Shown here one piece after another: positions 63,853 through 64,000 of a DNA stretch of 64,000 bases. Made by a program: the position numbers and the translations under genes. The notes beneath the pieces were generated by a model that worked only from the letters and a program-made list of their open reading frames with translations, was not told the DNA's origin and did not search any database. This DNA is from an uncultured Pseudomonadales bacterium (lineage in GTDB: Bacteria; Pseudomonadota; Gammaproteobacteria; Pseudomonadales; UBA7434), in the NCBI GenBank assembly GCA_943787705.1, contig CALSNL010000001.1:396765-460764 (forward strand). Reading direction: 5' to 3'. How positions within the stretch are numbered: position 1 is the first letter of the stretch; each line of letters starts with the position of its first letter.

Positions 63853-64000
63853 TTAATCATTTTCTGCTAAGAACAACCATGTATCTAAAACGCTATCAGG
63901 GTTCAGCGAAACACTGTCTATGCCCTGCTCCATTAGCCAACGTGCAAAATCAGGGTGATCAGACGGGCCTTGACCACAAATACCAACGTATTTTCCTTCT
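63853..64000 (-). CDS. ppsA: phosphoenolpyruvate synthase, 3' end only (cut by window edge)
   Basis: The minus-strand translation EGKYVGICGQGPSDHPDFARWLMEQGIDSVSLNPDSVLDTWLFLAEND* matches the conserved PpsA C-terminus. Confidence 0.85.
   Translation of the reverse strand, partial: EGKYVGICGQGPSDHPDFARWLMEQGIDSVSLNPDSVLDTWLFLAEND

Overview
The window looks like chromosomal DNA from a marine gammaproteobacterium. An Alteromonadales-like origin is inferred from gene content only. It is densely coding, with no rRNA, tRNA, CRISPR, transposase or integrase detected. Order of content: (1) housekeeping genes serS(partial)-cysG, gor, prc, fxsA, groESL, a class I fumarase. (2) An accessory stretch with a flavin reductase, a TauE-type permease, a flavin-dependent halogenase and two PEP-CTERM secreted proteins. 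(3) A LytS/LytTR two-component pair followed by a beta-glucan-to-pyruvate island: GH16 laminarinase with four extra modules, TonB-dependent receptor, GluP, glk-edd-pgl-zwf, divergent eda-pykA. (4) A Pho-regulon supercluster: phoBR, pstSCAB-phoU, pit plus a DUF47 partner, and a Pho-box porin, interrupted by an acyltransferase-3 gene. (5) prmB, aroC, an MFS gene. (6) An uncharacterised divergent cassette (radical SAM + 287-aa orphan / P-loop kinase-like + O-methyltransferase) next to an orphan GspD-type secretin. (7) A thioesterase-like gene, an acyl-CoA desaturase and the ppsA 3' end. Most notable: the four-gene cassette; nine frameshifts in four genes, each repairable by one base at a 2-3 nt homopolymer; Pho boxes at four promoters; and many short intergenic tandem repeats.
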